A stretch of DNA of 64,000 nucleotides from Octopus sinensis (Eukaryota), in contig NC_043003.1 of NCBI RefSeq assembly GCF_006345805.1, positions 80,972,001 through 81,036,000 on the forward strand, written 5' to 3'. A program made the position numbers and the translations under genes. Of the stretch, positions 24,530 to 39,559 are shown piece after piece. The notes below the pieces were generated by a model, which had not been told where the DNA came from, made no database searches, and saw only the letters and a program-made list of their open reading frames with translations. Within the stretch, counting starts at the first letter, position 1. Every line of letters starts with the position of its first letter.

Positions 24530-24958
24530 TTCTTACTCTTTTACTATTTTACACTTTTACTTGTTTCAGTCATTTGACTGCGGCCATGCTGGAGCACCGC
24601 CTTTAGTCGAGCAAATCGACCCCGGGACTTATTCTTTGTAAGCCCAGTACTTATTCTATCGGTCTCTTTTGCCGAACCGCTAAGTGACGGGGACGTAAAC
24701 ATACCAGCATCGGTTGTCAAGCAATGCTAGGGAGACAAACACAGACACACAAACATATACACACACGCTTATATATATATATATACATATATACGACAGG
24801 CTTCTTTCAGTTTCCGTCTACCAAATCCACTCACAAGGCATTGGTCGGCCCGGGGCTATAGCAGAAGACACTTGACCAAGATGCCACGCAGTGGGACTGA
24901 ACCCGGAACCATGTGGTTGGTTAGCAAGCTACTTACCACACAGCCACTCCTGGGCCTA
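24530..24958 (-). mobile_element. SINE family A, full-length, low divergence
   Basis: tRNA-like head TAGGCCCAGGAGTGGCTGTGTGGTAAG...GGTTCCGGGTTCAGTCCC, internal (TA/TG)n and (GTAAAA)-like tail. Confidence 0.93.
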
Positions 24959-25248
24959 TTTTTTTTGCTCTTTTTTTAAAAATTTATGTATAAGACGTGG
25001 GCGCCGACGTGGCCTATGTGAGAAGAACGATAGAACGAATACTAGGCTTAGAAAGAATAAGTCCTGAGGTTGATTTGCTCGACAAAAACGACGGTGCCCC
25101 AGCATGGTCGTAGACTGAAACAAATAAAATAATATGGATAGATAAATAGATAGTGATATGTGTACTAACACACATGCACAAACAACCGCACACATGTATA
25201 TACACACACACGCTTATATATATATATATTATATATATATATATATAT

Positions 25249-25293
<45 letters not shown>

Positions 25294-25346
25294 CATATGT
25301 ATGTATATGTGTGAGTGCGTATAGATAGATATAGATATAGATATGG

Positions 25347-25377
<31 letters not shown>

Positions 25378-25390
25378 ATATAATATATAT

Positions 25391-25422
<32 letters not shown>

Positions 25423-25822
25423 ATATATATATATATATATAATGTACACACGCAAAAGCTCGCACTCACACACACACATATACTTACACACACTCACTCA
25501 CACATACAAACACGACGATCACTCCTGATTTATTCATCTTGACTTAACAGCAGCAAATCTAATCTGTCAAGTCTTTATACGTGTAAATCTTATTCTTTTT
25601 ATTTATTTTTTTTTTTTATCAGACATAAATACATAAACATTACGCATGTATTACCGTATGAATAACAATGGTAAATACTGATGAAATATACATAAATATT
25701 TGTATGAATAAGTTCCTATCTATTTTATTATATGTTTATACAACCGCGTAAAAACCAATAGAAACAAATCCTGCGACATAAAAAAAAATTATCAGTTGAT
25801 GAATGTTTGTATTATGCATGGG

Positions 25823-26335
<513 letters not shown>

Positions 26336-27211
26336 CTCGAGAAACACGGGGCCGACCTGCCCGAGATGCGGTCAGAGCGACGAAACCGTTCTGCATGCAC
26401 TCGTGCAGTGTCCAACAATTTCCGACCTGTGGGCTTATGTCGAACAACTGCTGTCACGTGTGGGACGAGTCGGTTTATCAGCTGAGTCTATCGTCAATAT
26501 TGTCACGCCTCCTTCCTTCAAACGGGAAGGAAGAGCTACTTTCATCATCCTTGTGGCTATGGCGAAAGAATGTATCGCGTGGACGCGTCTGAAAGGATTG
26601 GAGACAAACACTTTCCTCTCTGGTCAATCCCTCATCAACTTCTTCAAGTACCACTTGAAAAGGAAAGTGAGAGTAGAGAGGCAAGTTTTGTCTAGCGAAT
26701 GTTTTAAAAAAAGATGGGTGAATGTAGCAAGGATGGCACGTATGAATGACGAAGCCACCTTGAGCATAATCCTATGAACCCAGAAATTGAAAACAGAGGG
26801 TTACCCACTTGCAAACAAATGTGGTAACAAATAACAATATTGACCAAGGTTACCGTGGTCTTTTTCGTAGGCTATTCTTCCCACGGATAAACCTTACTTG
26901 CTTTCCCCTTTACACCATATATCATAACACTGTGATACACGATACCTATTGATCGTTTTTTTTCTCTTCCTCTCTTCTCCTTTCCCTCTTTTTTCTTCTT
27001 TTTTCTTTTCTCTTTTCTTTTGTTCCTTTTCCTTTTCTTCTTTTTTTTCTATTTATTTATTTATTTATTTTTACGATCCCTTTTGATCGAAAACCTACGC
27101 CACCTTTTTTTTTGTTTCTTTTGATTTTTGTTTTTTTCATCCCCCAAAAGAAAAGCTCTGCCTTGTAACTTGTCCCATCTGTGTGCAGCTCTGTGTGGCC
27201 AATAAAGAAAC
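26336..27211 (+). mobile_element. 5'-truncated L1-Tx1 LINE (ORF2 C-terminal zinc-finger region + 3' UTR)
   Basis: TCPRCGQSDETVLHALVQC motif; ~98% identical by eye to 62425-62876; ends AATAAAGAAACT; flanked by TATCTATCTGT on both sides. Confidence 0.93.
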
Positions 27212-28175
27212 TTATCTATCTGTATATCTATCAATCTATCTATCTATCTGTCTGTCTGTTTGTCTGTCTGTCTGATTCTCTGACTATGTATGTATCTATC
27301 TATATATATATCTAATTGTTTATCTCTCTATGTGTCTGTCTGTCTGTCTGTCTGTCTGACTGTGTGACTATCTATGTATGTATCTATCTATATATCTATC
27401 TAACTGTTTATTTATCTATCTATCTGTCTGTCTGTCTGACTGTCTGACTATCTATGTATGTATGTATCTATATATATCTATCTAATTGTTTAGCTATCTA
27501 TCTATTTGTCTATCTATCTATTTGTCTGTCTGTCTGTCTATGTATATCTACATATCTATCCGTGTGTGTGTGGGGGGGTTCATATATTATATGTTTGTGC
27601 GTTTCTGTGTGTCAATGACACCAACACGTTTGATTCGATCAGAAACTTTCCTCAGTTAATTGTTAGGTTTACTTTCACAAAGACAAGCAGAAACGTACAA
27701 TATAGTTTTAGACTTGTACCTTGCACGTTGTGGTTTGTTTCATTTTTTCATACGAACAATTTTGTGATTGTTTATAGTTTCATTAGCTGTTTAATTTTAT
27801 TGGTGTTGTTGTTGCTGTTGTTGATGTGAATCTGATACAGTTGATTTGTGTAGGTGTTATACTTGTTCATCATATTGTGCCATAATTTTGTAATATGCGA
27901 AATTATCATGATTTTTTTCGTTCCTTCTTTCTGGTTTTCTTTCGGTGTTTCTATCTTCCTTACTTCCCACATATCTATCTTACACACTCAGGCATATTCA
28001 CATGCGCGCACAAAGACAGACACATATACATGTGTGTGTGTGTGTGAAGTGTGTGTGTGTGTGTGAAGTGTGTGTGTGTGTGTGTGTCGTGCGTGTATAT
28101 GTATACGCATACCTATATACTCATAACTACATGTATAGATACAAGCATGTATATGTATGTACGTGTGTGCATATG

Positions 28176-28210
<35 letters not shown>

Positions 28211-28277
28211 CATATATATAAGTATATGTATGAATATATATATATATATATATTATACATATATATAAGTATATGTA

Positions 28278-28328
<51 letters not shown>

Positions 28329-28456
28329 TCGTACATATACTTATATATATATGTATGTATAATATATATCCATATAGTTATATGTATATATCCAGATATG
28401 TGTATATATGTATGTTTGTATGTGTGTGTATATACATAGAAACATACATACATACA

Positions 28457-28487
<31 letters not shown>

Positions 28488-28499
28488 GCATATACATTT

Positions 28500-29150
28500 A
28501 TAGATCCAAAGCCAACCCAGTTTTTTGTAGGTTACTTATTTTTTATTGTGAATTTCGGCAATGTCCTTTGATATGTTTCATGATTAATCCCTTCTTCAAA
28601 AGCTCTTTTACACTCTTCCATTATTTTTTATTCCATAATATATATTTTCTGAATAAATTCTACAAATAACCTTTTTCCTCTTTGTCCCGTCGTTTCCACA
28701 TTTCTACATTGTCATTATTTGTCGTTTTCTTCTTTATATTTACTTTTCATTTCTTTATTCTTTCATCTTATTCTTTCTTATCCCACTTTCCAAAGATAAG
28801 GTGGCAATTCTCTCTATCAGATTTTACTCGTTATTGCATAACGTCTTTCGATACTTAATATCATTAGGAGCAGAGGACAGAACTACTTCGTGCATAATGC
28901 GTAACATCATTCTTTCTTTCTTATTTCCCCTTTTATCTAATCATTTTTTCATTTTTGTTTTCAATATTTCCTTGTAGCTCTGTATGATATACAAAAGGTA
29001 AGTTGATTATTATTCTTGGGACGTCGGGATCAGTTTTAAATTCAAAGAATATACAGAATAAGTGATTCAAAGCGTGTCTCAGCATCAGAAATGGTTTTAT
29101 CTTTTGAACCTCATTTGTAACTCTATAGAATGCTTCCATATATCGGTTTT
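28500..29150 (-). mobile_element. Possible degenerate Penelope-like remnant
   Basis: Purine-rich coding-like minus strand with INLPFVY (~LPYV of the PLE thumb); weak. Confidence 0.25.
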
Positions 29151-30402
29151 AGACGCAGATATATTTCCCCGAATGGTTTTAGTGGGGGCGAAGATTATTG
29201 CTTAGTCAGAGGAAAACTAGTAAGTTTCCATGACATTATTCAGAACTTCTAAGTCTCGTGAGGGTGAAAGACTAAAAATTTATGATCTGTGTAGGAACAT
29301 AGCCGAAGCATTTGAAACAGAGTAGATTCTACTAAAATACCACTTAGTGGTGTTAAAACCGGTAGGAGTTTAAACCATCCTTCTTGAAAACAAGAATTTT
29401 ACCTCAGCTAAGATTCCACAACTTTTTGCTTTACCAGCTTTCGCACAAAGCTAAAGTCGGCTCAAAACTTTCGTAGAAGACAGTCACCTAATTTCACGTG
29501 CACTAATATTGAACACCAAAATACGTAGTTGCCACGTGAACCGCTGAGCCACAGAATCATGTCTAGCACCTTATTTTTCAAGTAAAATTTATACAAATTC
29601 AACACAGGCAACATCTATGGGGTCCCTTCTGACATTCCTCGAATCGAAGATTAAATGCAAGTGAGACAACAATCCAACTTAGAATGACAGGAGTATATTC
29701 TAAATAATTAACTTTACTACCACATTTAAAGTATTGCAGATGCAAACGTGCTTAATGTAATGTGCAAAAGAATTTTAATAAATTAAAATTACACCCGTAA
29801 TTAAGAGAAAATACCATTAGCTTAATGATTAATTCTAATCAAGAAAGGCAACGAAGACAGTTAAGAAATTTAAATAAATTAAAATTAATTACAAATAGAT
29901 TGGAAGAATGCAGAAGGATACGATGTGATCTTTAGCATTACGGTGGCAACCGTGATAATGTTTTGCTTCAACTCGATAAGTTCGTTCAATATTATATGCC
30001 ATATTTATAATTTACAATCATTAATGTATTACCAGCTGTCTCCCTTTCCTTTCATGCATACCGTGTTCTTAGAGGACAACCTCGCTTTAGCAGAAGTACT
30101 CGACAATAAGCTAGAACTTATTTTCTCTAAACTTAATGAAGAAAAGGCTACATAAATTACAAAGATCTTAGAGAAATACAACCCCTTATGTGAAGCTGAA
30201 TAACATATTGACCATTCTTCTTTTTATAAACATATAGGTTTGCATGTAGGATTACGTACATGCATGTATGTACTTATATACATATATATGAACTTATGTA
30301 TGTATTTATGTGTGTATGCAACGTAAGTGTGTATGAATGTATGTATATACGTATGTCTGTAGGTATTTATGTTTGTATATATATATATATACATATACAG
30401 TA

Positions 30403-30695
30403 TAGCGCTCCGTCGGTTACGAAGGCATGGATACGATCAACGTAACACCCTGCTCGTGAAATTAACGTGCATGTAGCTGAGCATTCCACTGATACGTGTA
30501 CCCTTAACGTATTTCTCAGGGAGATTCAGTGTGGCATAGACTGTGACAAGGCTGGCCCCTTTGAAATACAGGCACTACTCATTTTTGCCACTTGAGTGGA
30601 TTGGAACAATGCGAAATAAAGTGTCATGCTCGAGGACAGAACTAACGACCTTGCGACCGTGAGCCAAATACACTAGCCACTAAGCCACGCGCTTT
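30403..30695 (-). mobile_element. tRNA-derived SINE family D
   Basis: Minus-strand head GCGCGTGGCTTAGTGGCTAGTG..CTCACGGTCGCAAGG, central CACTTTATTTCGCATTG..CCAATCCACTCAAG..AAAATGAGTA and tail with GGGTACACG. Confidence 0.8.
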
Positions 30696-31249
30696 CACAC
30701 ACACACATATATATATTAACATATGTTGCCACATCAATAAAATTCAATATAATATGAAGAAAGTTTCAACCAATTCTGAAAATTTATACCCCAGTCTTTC
30801 CTTTGAATATTAAAATACTAGAAAAAAATCCAACATTATCAATAAAAACTAAATACATAAAATTAGAAATTTACAATCCGATAGTAGTACATTAAGATAA
30901 TGTTCTATTATGAGATTGTAATTTACTAAATAAAAGCTACAAATCATTTTAATGATCTCTCTGAAACACAGTTATTCATCCTAACGGATATATAATGAAT
31001 AATAAAATAAACAGGTGGTATTGCATGATAAATTGAATCGTAAGAGAATTGCTTAATTCAACTCATGTGTACTCAGAATGCTTGTGATGTATTACCTTGT
31101 TTTACATTCAGTTAGATACAGATCAATAAGGGAAACAATTCAATATGATTTTCAATCTTCATCCGTCTCCAATCAAATTTATGTAGACTTAATTGAATTT
31201 AGAAAGTGTATTAACAATTGGAAGACTGAAAAATTATAGACTCGCAATT

Positions 31250-32522
31250 GAAAAACTTAACCATTTCTCAAACGAGTTTACTGTTTAGCAAAGTGAAGTG
31301 TAGCAGGGTGGTGTAAGAAACGTGAATTATTAATAATACGAAAAGTCATTTCTTAAATCTCCTACGAGAGCTATTGGTTTCTGGATTTCAATTGTCTATT
31401 CTTCTCTAAATGAAGAACTGACAGAAAACATAGCTTACAGGATCGTTTGTTTTTAAGAAATTACGCAGATTAAAATGCTACAGTCTATTCTTTTGGACAG
31501 TCCAACAACACTGGTATACTTTATCAGATAACAGTACACACTTCACTCGACATCTTCCAATATAGGGTGATGCGTTCTCGTACTACTTATAACTTCATAT
31601 CAAGAATACGAAACCTCTTGAATTGCTGTTATTATGTTTACTATATTTGCGTGTAATGCTCATTCCCAGAATCCAGTCGTTGCTGCTATGTTTTTGCATC
31701 GTTCTGATTGTGTTCCTTCATGACTTTGATAGAAAGTTTTCTTCTGTGCATCTCAATCAAATCCTTTATGACCACATCGTTCAACTGAGAGCCTATAGGA
31801 TTATCGATGCATACAATTTCCTCAACTTCAAGCACTGTCGCAAATATATGAAAGTCTATTGAAGAGATATCAGGTCACAATCTTTTCTAAACAAAGCTCA
31901 AGCACTTAGAAGAAAACTCTGTCAATGATATTGGTATTAATGGTACAGTATCCGCTATGGTGAAGTGATTTCTCTGGAATTCTTTTAATGCAAGATCACC
32001 AAGTTAAGTTGCTTCAAACAGAACATCAAGAGTGACAGTAAATACCCTCACAAATTTCCTGTCATTTAGTGATCAAGAAAATTGATATTAAGATGCAAGG
32101 AATTGCCTGTAAAATCAAATTTCTGTGTAATTTGGTTTATGAGTTTAGTAGGGCGTTTTGAAGCATTCTCCATAACATGAGGAAACTTTATGGGAAGGCT
32201 CTACTCATATGCGTTGAGGGAAACGTATTGGAGAACGAAGCAAAGAAAAATATTCCTAATAACTCATACCTTCGATTTGAAGTTCATGGAAAACCTTTTT
32301 TCTTGTTGATGGTCTTGAAACCTCTACAGTATCTTTATTTGCAGTGAATTTGATTTGGCAGCTTCAGTATGCATTAGAACACTGTCACCAACCGAAAAAC
32401 TTTTAAAAGATTTGAGTTTAGAACGCACCCTTACTTCCATTAATTCGATTGTCTTTGAGTCAGTATCAACTCGGTTATTAGGTTTCTCTAGGATTCTCTC
32501 TATCTCTTTCTTTCTATCCCTC

Positions 32523-32560
<38 letters not shown>

Positions 32561-32700
32561 AAGGAGCTCATTAAGATACAGTTTTTTACAAAGAAATAAT
32601 TCATTAACTGAGTCATCAAATAATTGCTTTTCTATGGTCCTCATAAGCGACAAATTTTCCATCTCATTCGTATGCAAGGCACGGAATTATTAAGTTTGCC
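31250..32700 (-). mobile_element. Degenerate CR1-like LINE fragments
   Basis: MENASKRPTKLI (~LEKVQRRATKLI), HPILEDV (~RPHLEY) and a FSIRVYN-like 3' end; heavily decayed and interrupted by (TC)n. Confidence 0.4.
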
Positions 32701-33344
32701 TAGATCTTCGGTCACCGAAACACTTTGTAGCTGGTCCTTATATTTTTTACCAAAATAGTATATTGTATATATGATCCAGCTATCGTCTATATTAGCTTCA
32801 CTTAAATTAACAGCACTTCCTCTCTTAAAAGTAACTTGAATCTTTATTGTTACAGTAATGGTCTTTCACGCAGGCTTTATCTTTGCTTTCGCGAATAATT
32901 TTTAAACGAAGATAAATGACAACATACTGATTTTCATGAAAAGTTAAATTTATATTTATTAATTTCTTTTCTTTGTTGCAAGAATAAAAAAAGAATCTGC
33001 TGGTTCTGTCTCAAATTAAATAACCAACCTTAAGTACGCAGCGATATCGACGGAACACATGTGGTAAACCAATTTGTCTTTATGTGCAGAGCGGAACGTG
33101 TTTTGTTTAAGAAATAACGAATTCCTCACGCGGAGGCTTCAATCTGTGTGGATAATAGTCTTGCTTACTTTCGGTTTCACACAACATTAAAACAATAGAA
33201 TGAGCTAAGTGAAACAATTAAAAAGGACTTAAACTTTTTAAATGTTTTTTTGCTTTGCAAACAGATGAATTCAAACAAAATTTGGAAGGGGAACATAGTT
33301 ATCATTCGTTAATATATATTTAAAGTCCTTGTTTTCTATAATTG

Positions 33345-34150
33345 TTTCCCTGAGTTTCGCTGTAATAAACGTCCAATTCCAAAAGAGTCTATTGCATATT
33401 TGTACTATATGGTAATATGATACTTTACACATTATTTATTATATATTGTACTATACGAAGGTACCCTGCATATGTGCATTATAATAGATATAATACTATA
33501 TAATATCCTATCATACGTATAATGCTTTACAGCTCACATCAGTTCTTTGTAGTGCATATAACACTGCATAGTGTACATTATTTACCCTGTGTGGAAATTC
33601 ATGTCATATTGACCGTTATGTATTATTACCCTAGGGTCTGTTCTACCCCTTCGAGTGTTGTAGGTTTTATTTATTGTTAGCTGCTAATTATTGTTTGAGT
33701 TCTTTTGGTGTTAGTATATTTGTTACTAGAAAAACAGTGCCTTAGTTTTTCAATGTTTATAGTGTAAAACAAAGCTTGGTATTTCATGAGATTTGGTGCA
33801 ATGTACAATCTCTTTGATCATTATTCTTAATATTCTTTCATCGGTTTTATGATGTCTATTCACTTGGTTTTTGTAGTAAATTTTGCATCTGTTGTCTAAT
33901 TTCTATTTTGTCTTTGAGTGTTTGGGTTATTTATTTTCTGGTAAAATCTTATGTGATTTTTATCTACAAATTTGTTAGTACATCCATTGTTAATTAGATT
34001 TTGTTTAAAACGTTTTACTTTTTTCAGATGATGTTCCGTGCTAGAGGATATTAACAGTGTTCTTTTAAGTAGATATTTAATGAGAGGTGTCTTATATTTA
34101 TACGGACATTAGCTCTGTACATTTAAATATATGCTGCTATTGTGTTTCAT
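33345..34150 (-). mobile_element. Penelope-like element remnant (thumb region) with downstream hammerhead-like motif
   Basis: PYKYKTPLIKYLLKRTLLISS...KRFKQNLINNG...IYYKNQVNRHHKTDERIL...HYKH*KT matches the PLE PxxYK..LxxRA..SS..KQxLINNxY..YYxNQM..YKxDERxL..YYKxxKT. Confidence 0.7.
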
Positions 34151-34434
34151 TTTTCTTGCCTACTGAAGCGCTTTCGTGATTATCATGACTAAAGTAGTGA
34201 TTTCAAACATTGTCACAAGACCACGCATTTCTCAGGAAGAGAATGTTCGTTAAATACAGCTAAGTAATTTACTAGTACGTTTTTATTAAGTACAGGAAAG
34301 ATGAAAGACAAAGTCGTCCTTGACAAGATTATATGTGTGTGGTTGTGTGTGTGTATCTAAGTATGTAAACACATAGATACATACGTACAAGCATAAATTA
34401 CGTATATATGTATATATATATATATATATTATAT

Positions 34435-34471
<37 letters not shown>

Positions 34472-34834
34472 TTCAACAATTGAGGGTAAAATTAATTAAT
34501 TAATCAATTTCACCAAGTATTCAGTATGCAAAGGGACCATTTAAGGCGAATTCAAATTATTACATTTTATAAAAGGGCTTAGTAAAATAAATTACTTTGC
34601 CGCATACTGAACTCATTAGAAATAGCAGCCAAAAAAACTTTTTTTAAACTATTTCTAATACTTAAAGAAAACCTCTCTCATATAGTGTTTGCTCAATTCA
34701 ACTCACGCAAATATGGGGGTAGAGACATTAAAAAATCAAGTGCAAAGGTTATATATATATATGTATGTATCTATGTATGTATGTATCTATGTATGGAGAT
34801 AGATAAATAAGTACATACATAAATTACATACTTA

Positions 34835-34890
<56 letters not shown>

Positions 34891-34894
34891 TAGG

Positions 34895-34896
<2 letters not shown>

Positions 34897-34978
<82 letters not shown>
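34897..34978. repeat. (GATA)n microsatellite (another at 43822-43965)
   Basis: Direct reading. Confidence 0.95.
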
Positions 34979-34979
<1 letters not shown>

Positions 34980-37294
34980 GGACGGATAGATAGAATATGA
35001 ATATCTATCTATCTATCTATCTATCTATCTACGTATATATATATACATATATATATATATTTGTATATATATATATATATCGATAGAGAGAGGGAAGGGG
35101 TGAGAGAGAGAGAGAGAAGAAGAGAGAGAATCGTTAAATCGTGGAAATACCGTTTTTGCCATTTAACTGTTAAATTCAATTTTCATTTATTTCTTAATGT
35201 GTGAAAAATCTATAAAAATTAGGTTCATGACGTATAGACTGAATTTTATTTTTACTGTAATGTGTAAAAAGAGGGAGGGGCAAATGGTAATAGAGATATA
35301 ATATCAATACAATCACACCTATATGTATTCATTTGAATAAAATCACACTTGCACCACGAGAGAAGTGTACCAAAAATAACTTCTATTTATACTTTTCAGA
35401 CGGAAAATGCATGAATTAAAAGCCAACCAACATGACAAGTAACGATGATAAGAATAAAATATGGCAGAACGAAAGGGTTGAAGAAAGAACGAAAGCGAAA
35501 AACGAGGAGGGAAGGTTAAAAAGGTAGGTAAAAAAGAAGTTGTTAGCAGACAACCGAATGGAGTCTAGATATGATGAACGACAACCGATGTCAATGAGTC
35601 AAATAATACCCATATCCGTACGTTCTGAAAAAAGCAAACTGTGATCTATAAATAATTCCGCTTCACTGTGTTACCAACAGTTGCAGTGTAACAGTGCTAA
35701 TGTCTAGGTCAGCAGTGCGACGAACAAATTGACATCTCATGTGAGTACTTTGTGATGACTAATATGATTCTTCCTCGATGTTATTTTTGCAATATCACAG
35801 ATTAAGTTATTCAACACAAAAGTGAGACCCACACACATCTGAGACAGTGCTGCTGTTATGTACACAAACGTCGCGTCTAGAGAAGTGTCAATGGAGACCG
35901 TCATTTACTCACCAAGAAATCGCTTCAATCTCTGTTCCACCGGTGTGCTCTATCCTATTTGTGAATTTTCGGTCGCTACTATACTGTTCTATACTCCTCG
36001 AGGGTAGATGGTATCGTATTTCCACCACTGAAGTAGTTCTATCTATTTGTTTCTTCACCGTCCGTTACTCTTCTTGCGTTCACCTCTCTCCGATCCACAC
36101 ACATTACTATCCTCATTCCCTCCTCCCTATATTATCAGCCTTTTGGAATCTTTATTGCTGTGTGTGAGAATACAAATGAGTTTGCAAGACTGTATATAAA
36201 ATTAGAGCAATTCACATACAATTTCTAATGTGAATCATAGCAAAATATTTGCGCTCAGATCGAGGCTAACCAATGAAAAGTGCTAGAGTCATGAACGGGT
36301 TGGTACTTTTGTATGTCATGGACTATATCAATTTTTTAACTTTTCATTTTAAAGATAATAGAGAAAGATTTGAAGTCTACTTGGCTGTTATTTCTAACAT
36401 GCCGTACGACTGCTGTTCATCAGCCCATGTGTGAGTGAATTCGCAACGGCACGAATCAGTGGACAGAGTTGTTACTTAATTACTGCTTGAGGTGACAACG
36501 AAAACAAAATCTACCTGCAGTCTTGATCTCATTCAAGGGGGCCGCGTTTGGGTGCCGGTTACCTGGCAACCGAATATCATGGCTACTTCAGCGGAAAAGA
36601 CAAGGGACGATGCAAACCTTAACGTTGTAGATCTCAGCACTCATGACGATTTAGGTATGAGGCACCGTGTTCTACCATGTTAAACTGGGGATAGTTTGGG
36701 ACGTTCTGATATGGAACACTTCTAGTTGACTAATCTTTCTATGCGGTTTCCTTCCCAATAGGTTGGAGGCGTTGACTGTTAATTAGAAGGCATGGAGGTC
36801 CCTGTGAGATGGTGGAGGAGAGGGCTTTGAAACCAAACGTAGACGACTGCATGTAGAGTGGAAGAAACTTCATCAACCCCTGCTGTTATTATTCAGTGCC
36901 TGCAGTGCCACAGGGTCTCCCTATCTTGTATCGTTCTTCTCAGCCACATGCAATCCCAGAGGTGAAAGAGGATGAATGTCCTGGGTCGATGCTGTCATCG
37001 CCTTTGATGGACCATCATAAAAAAGCAAATTCAATTAAAGAGGTATTATCATAATTTCGATAATATTGATGTCGTAATTTCCACCTGTTTGAAATTATGA
37101 AAACAGTGTCTGAATATTGCGAAGCGTTTCCGACAATTTAAGCCAGGATCTATTTTTTCAACTAAATGATCTAACATGTTAGTTTATGTACTATCTTTTA
37201 CTATGCTTTCGACCAGAAATATAGGGAAGAAAATACGACATGCACATATTCACACATACCTTCAATATATATACATACAAACATACATACATAC

Positions 37295-37332
<38 letters not shown>

Positions 37333-37624
37333 TAGTAAATTTATATGTGTGTTTGAGTGCGTGCACTCGCGCACGTGTATGCATGCATGTTTTCTTGTGC
37401 GCTGTGAACAACTACTTTGCAATGCCGAGGAAGTATATTGTTTGCGCTCAGCCGACGAGTATCAACTTTTTCTCGTCTGCTAAAATTTGGCTTTCGTAAT
37501 ATGCTTGAGGTTTTACTTAAATTTGGGGCCAGTTCCAGCTGTGACATCAGCTTCTTTTTTATCTGATATGTTAATTCTAGTCACTAATACATAGTAGAGA
37601 CGTCGAAGATGGGTTAAAAAGTAT

Positions 37625-38810
37625 ATAGGCTGACTATGAAAGAGTGACGCTAGAGCTGCGAAATATTGCGTGCATTAATTTCAGATCTTATTAATAAATG
37701 CATTGTTTCTTTGCAGGTAAACTGACATATGAGTATTCAAAGAAGACTTCAAATGTAACTCGAAGCGACTTCTCTTGAAAATGGATAACATTTGGCATCG
37801 TGATGTTCTCAAGTACCTGCAGAACAATAGTTTGGTCCTCAAAGACATTCATACATTTGAGCATGGTGCTCCAGCTTTATGAACAGTTGAAAAGTGGGCA
37901 GCTGCATTTAGGGGGAGAAGGGAGAATTTATAAATTGATCCATAGTTTGGACGTCCTGCAGCTGCCACCACTGAGAAAGACATTGATCGCACCCACCACA
38001 TAGTGATGGGTGACAGGCGATTGACTATAAATCCATAAACTTGGCATGATGAATGATTGTGATCGGTGGGTGCCTCGTCTTCCGACACCTAATCTGTAAT
38101 GCACCAGGTTGATCATAATATCACAGAAGAATGTGATTTTATTTTAAGGCAGATCCTGTTGGTTTTCTTGAAGATTCCCTATTCAGGATGTGTTGAGTTT
38201 ATCATACTGAGCCAAAGACAAAGAGAGAGTACATGTAATGGAAACACCACTCCTCACCTGCTCCAGAAAAAGCCAAACTCGATTCATCTGCAGAGGTGAT
38301 GGCCTTAGTTTCTGGGGGATGTAAAATTCATTGTGGCTATTGATTATCTTAAAAAGGGCCTTACAATTAATGGAGAGTAATATGCCAAATTGCTGAGGCA
38401 GTTACAAAAGTCTATCAATACTAAACACTCAGGAAAACTGACGAAAGTGGTCTTGTTTTATCAGGACAATGCTCCAGCACACAAGACCTTGGTTTCAATG
38501 GTTGATTTGCTTGAATGTGGCTTTGAAGGGGTTAATCAGCCTCCATATTCTCCTAATTTGTCTCAATCTGACTATCATCTGTTCCTCAGCGTGAGAAATC
38601 ACTTGACTAGGAACCACTATCGCAGCGATGAGAATGTCATATCTGCAGGTAATGTCTTTTTGACCAAACGGATGAAAGCGACTCCAGCAATGGAATCCAA
38701 GCGTTGTAATCCGATGGTATAAGTGTGTGGATGCAAAGAGGAGTATGTTGAATGATAAATCTAATTTAGTAACATTCAATGAAAATATCTTGATCAGCCT
38801 GAGAAATATG
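37625..38810 (+). mobile_element. Degenerate mariner transposon
   Basis: MDNIWHRDVLKYLQ (37781), RWVPRL, YQDNAPAH and PPYSPNLSQSDYHLF; many stops, indels and deletions. Confidence 0.9.
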
Positions 38811-39149
38811 TGATTTTCGGTAATTTAGAAAAATTCCCAATGATATAATTTCTTTATTTTAACGATTAGAATTGAATTGTTATCTACAAGACTTTTTAAT
38901 AATAACAGCAAAGTTATATTATTACAAAGCCTTTACTACACAACTTCGATTATGTCGAATGAATCAGAGAAAAATACTAATAATACTTTGTACTATGGGA
39001 ACAAAGCATAACAGTTGGGAGTGGGTAACTAGTCGATTAAATCAACACCAATGCTCAAAAAGTATTTATTTCACCGAACCCGTAATTATGACAGGAATAG
39101 TTGTTCTCGGTTGGTTTTGAGCTCAAAACATACAAAGCCAGAAAAATGC

Positions 39150-39430
39150 CGCAAAGCCTTTTGTTCGCCGCCTCATCTAAAAGATAAAGAATAAATATAG
39201 ACACCTGGAGTACGATATAGGATCTTGAGACAGATAAAGTATCGTCTGAGAATCGATAGCTAAGAATGTTTGCAAAACAGATAAAATGCTCCTTATAAAA
39301 GTAGTCATGGAAAGTACTGATTAGTAACTTTTCACTTTTAAAAGGCAACCATAAAATCACAAAAATGGTACTAAAAATGGTCCAATACTTTGGTTCCATG
39401 TGGACGACATATGGATAATTGTACGTGATT
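39150..39430 (+). mobile_element. Possible Penelope-like RT catalytic-motif remnant
   Basis: WFHVDDIWII at 39391-39420 resembles the PLE WxRYVDDIF; flanks unrecognisable. Confidence 0.35.
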
Positions 39431-39559
39431 TGCATACCGATTGACCAACAAAGATGTTACAATAAATTCCCAAGTTATTTTTAAATAGTTTATGTATGTA
39501 TTTTATTTGTATTTATTTGTATGAGTATGGTATAAACATGTGCTTAGTATTTAGGACAG

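Noticed and set aside
35907-36070. Minus-strand TG|GTGAGT donor with a ~50-codon open frame
   Set aside because: No convincing acceptor or start and no recognisable protein; isolated donor motifs are expected by chance.
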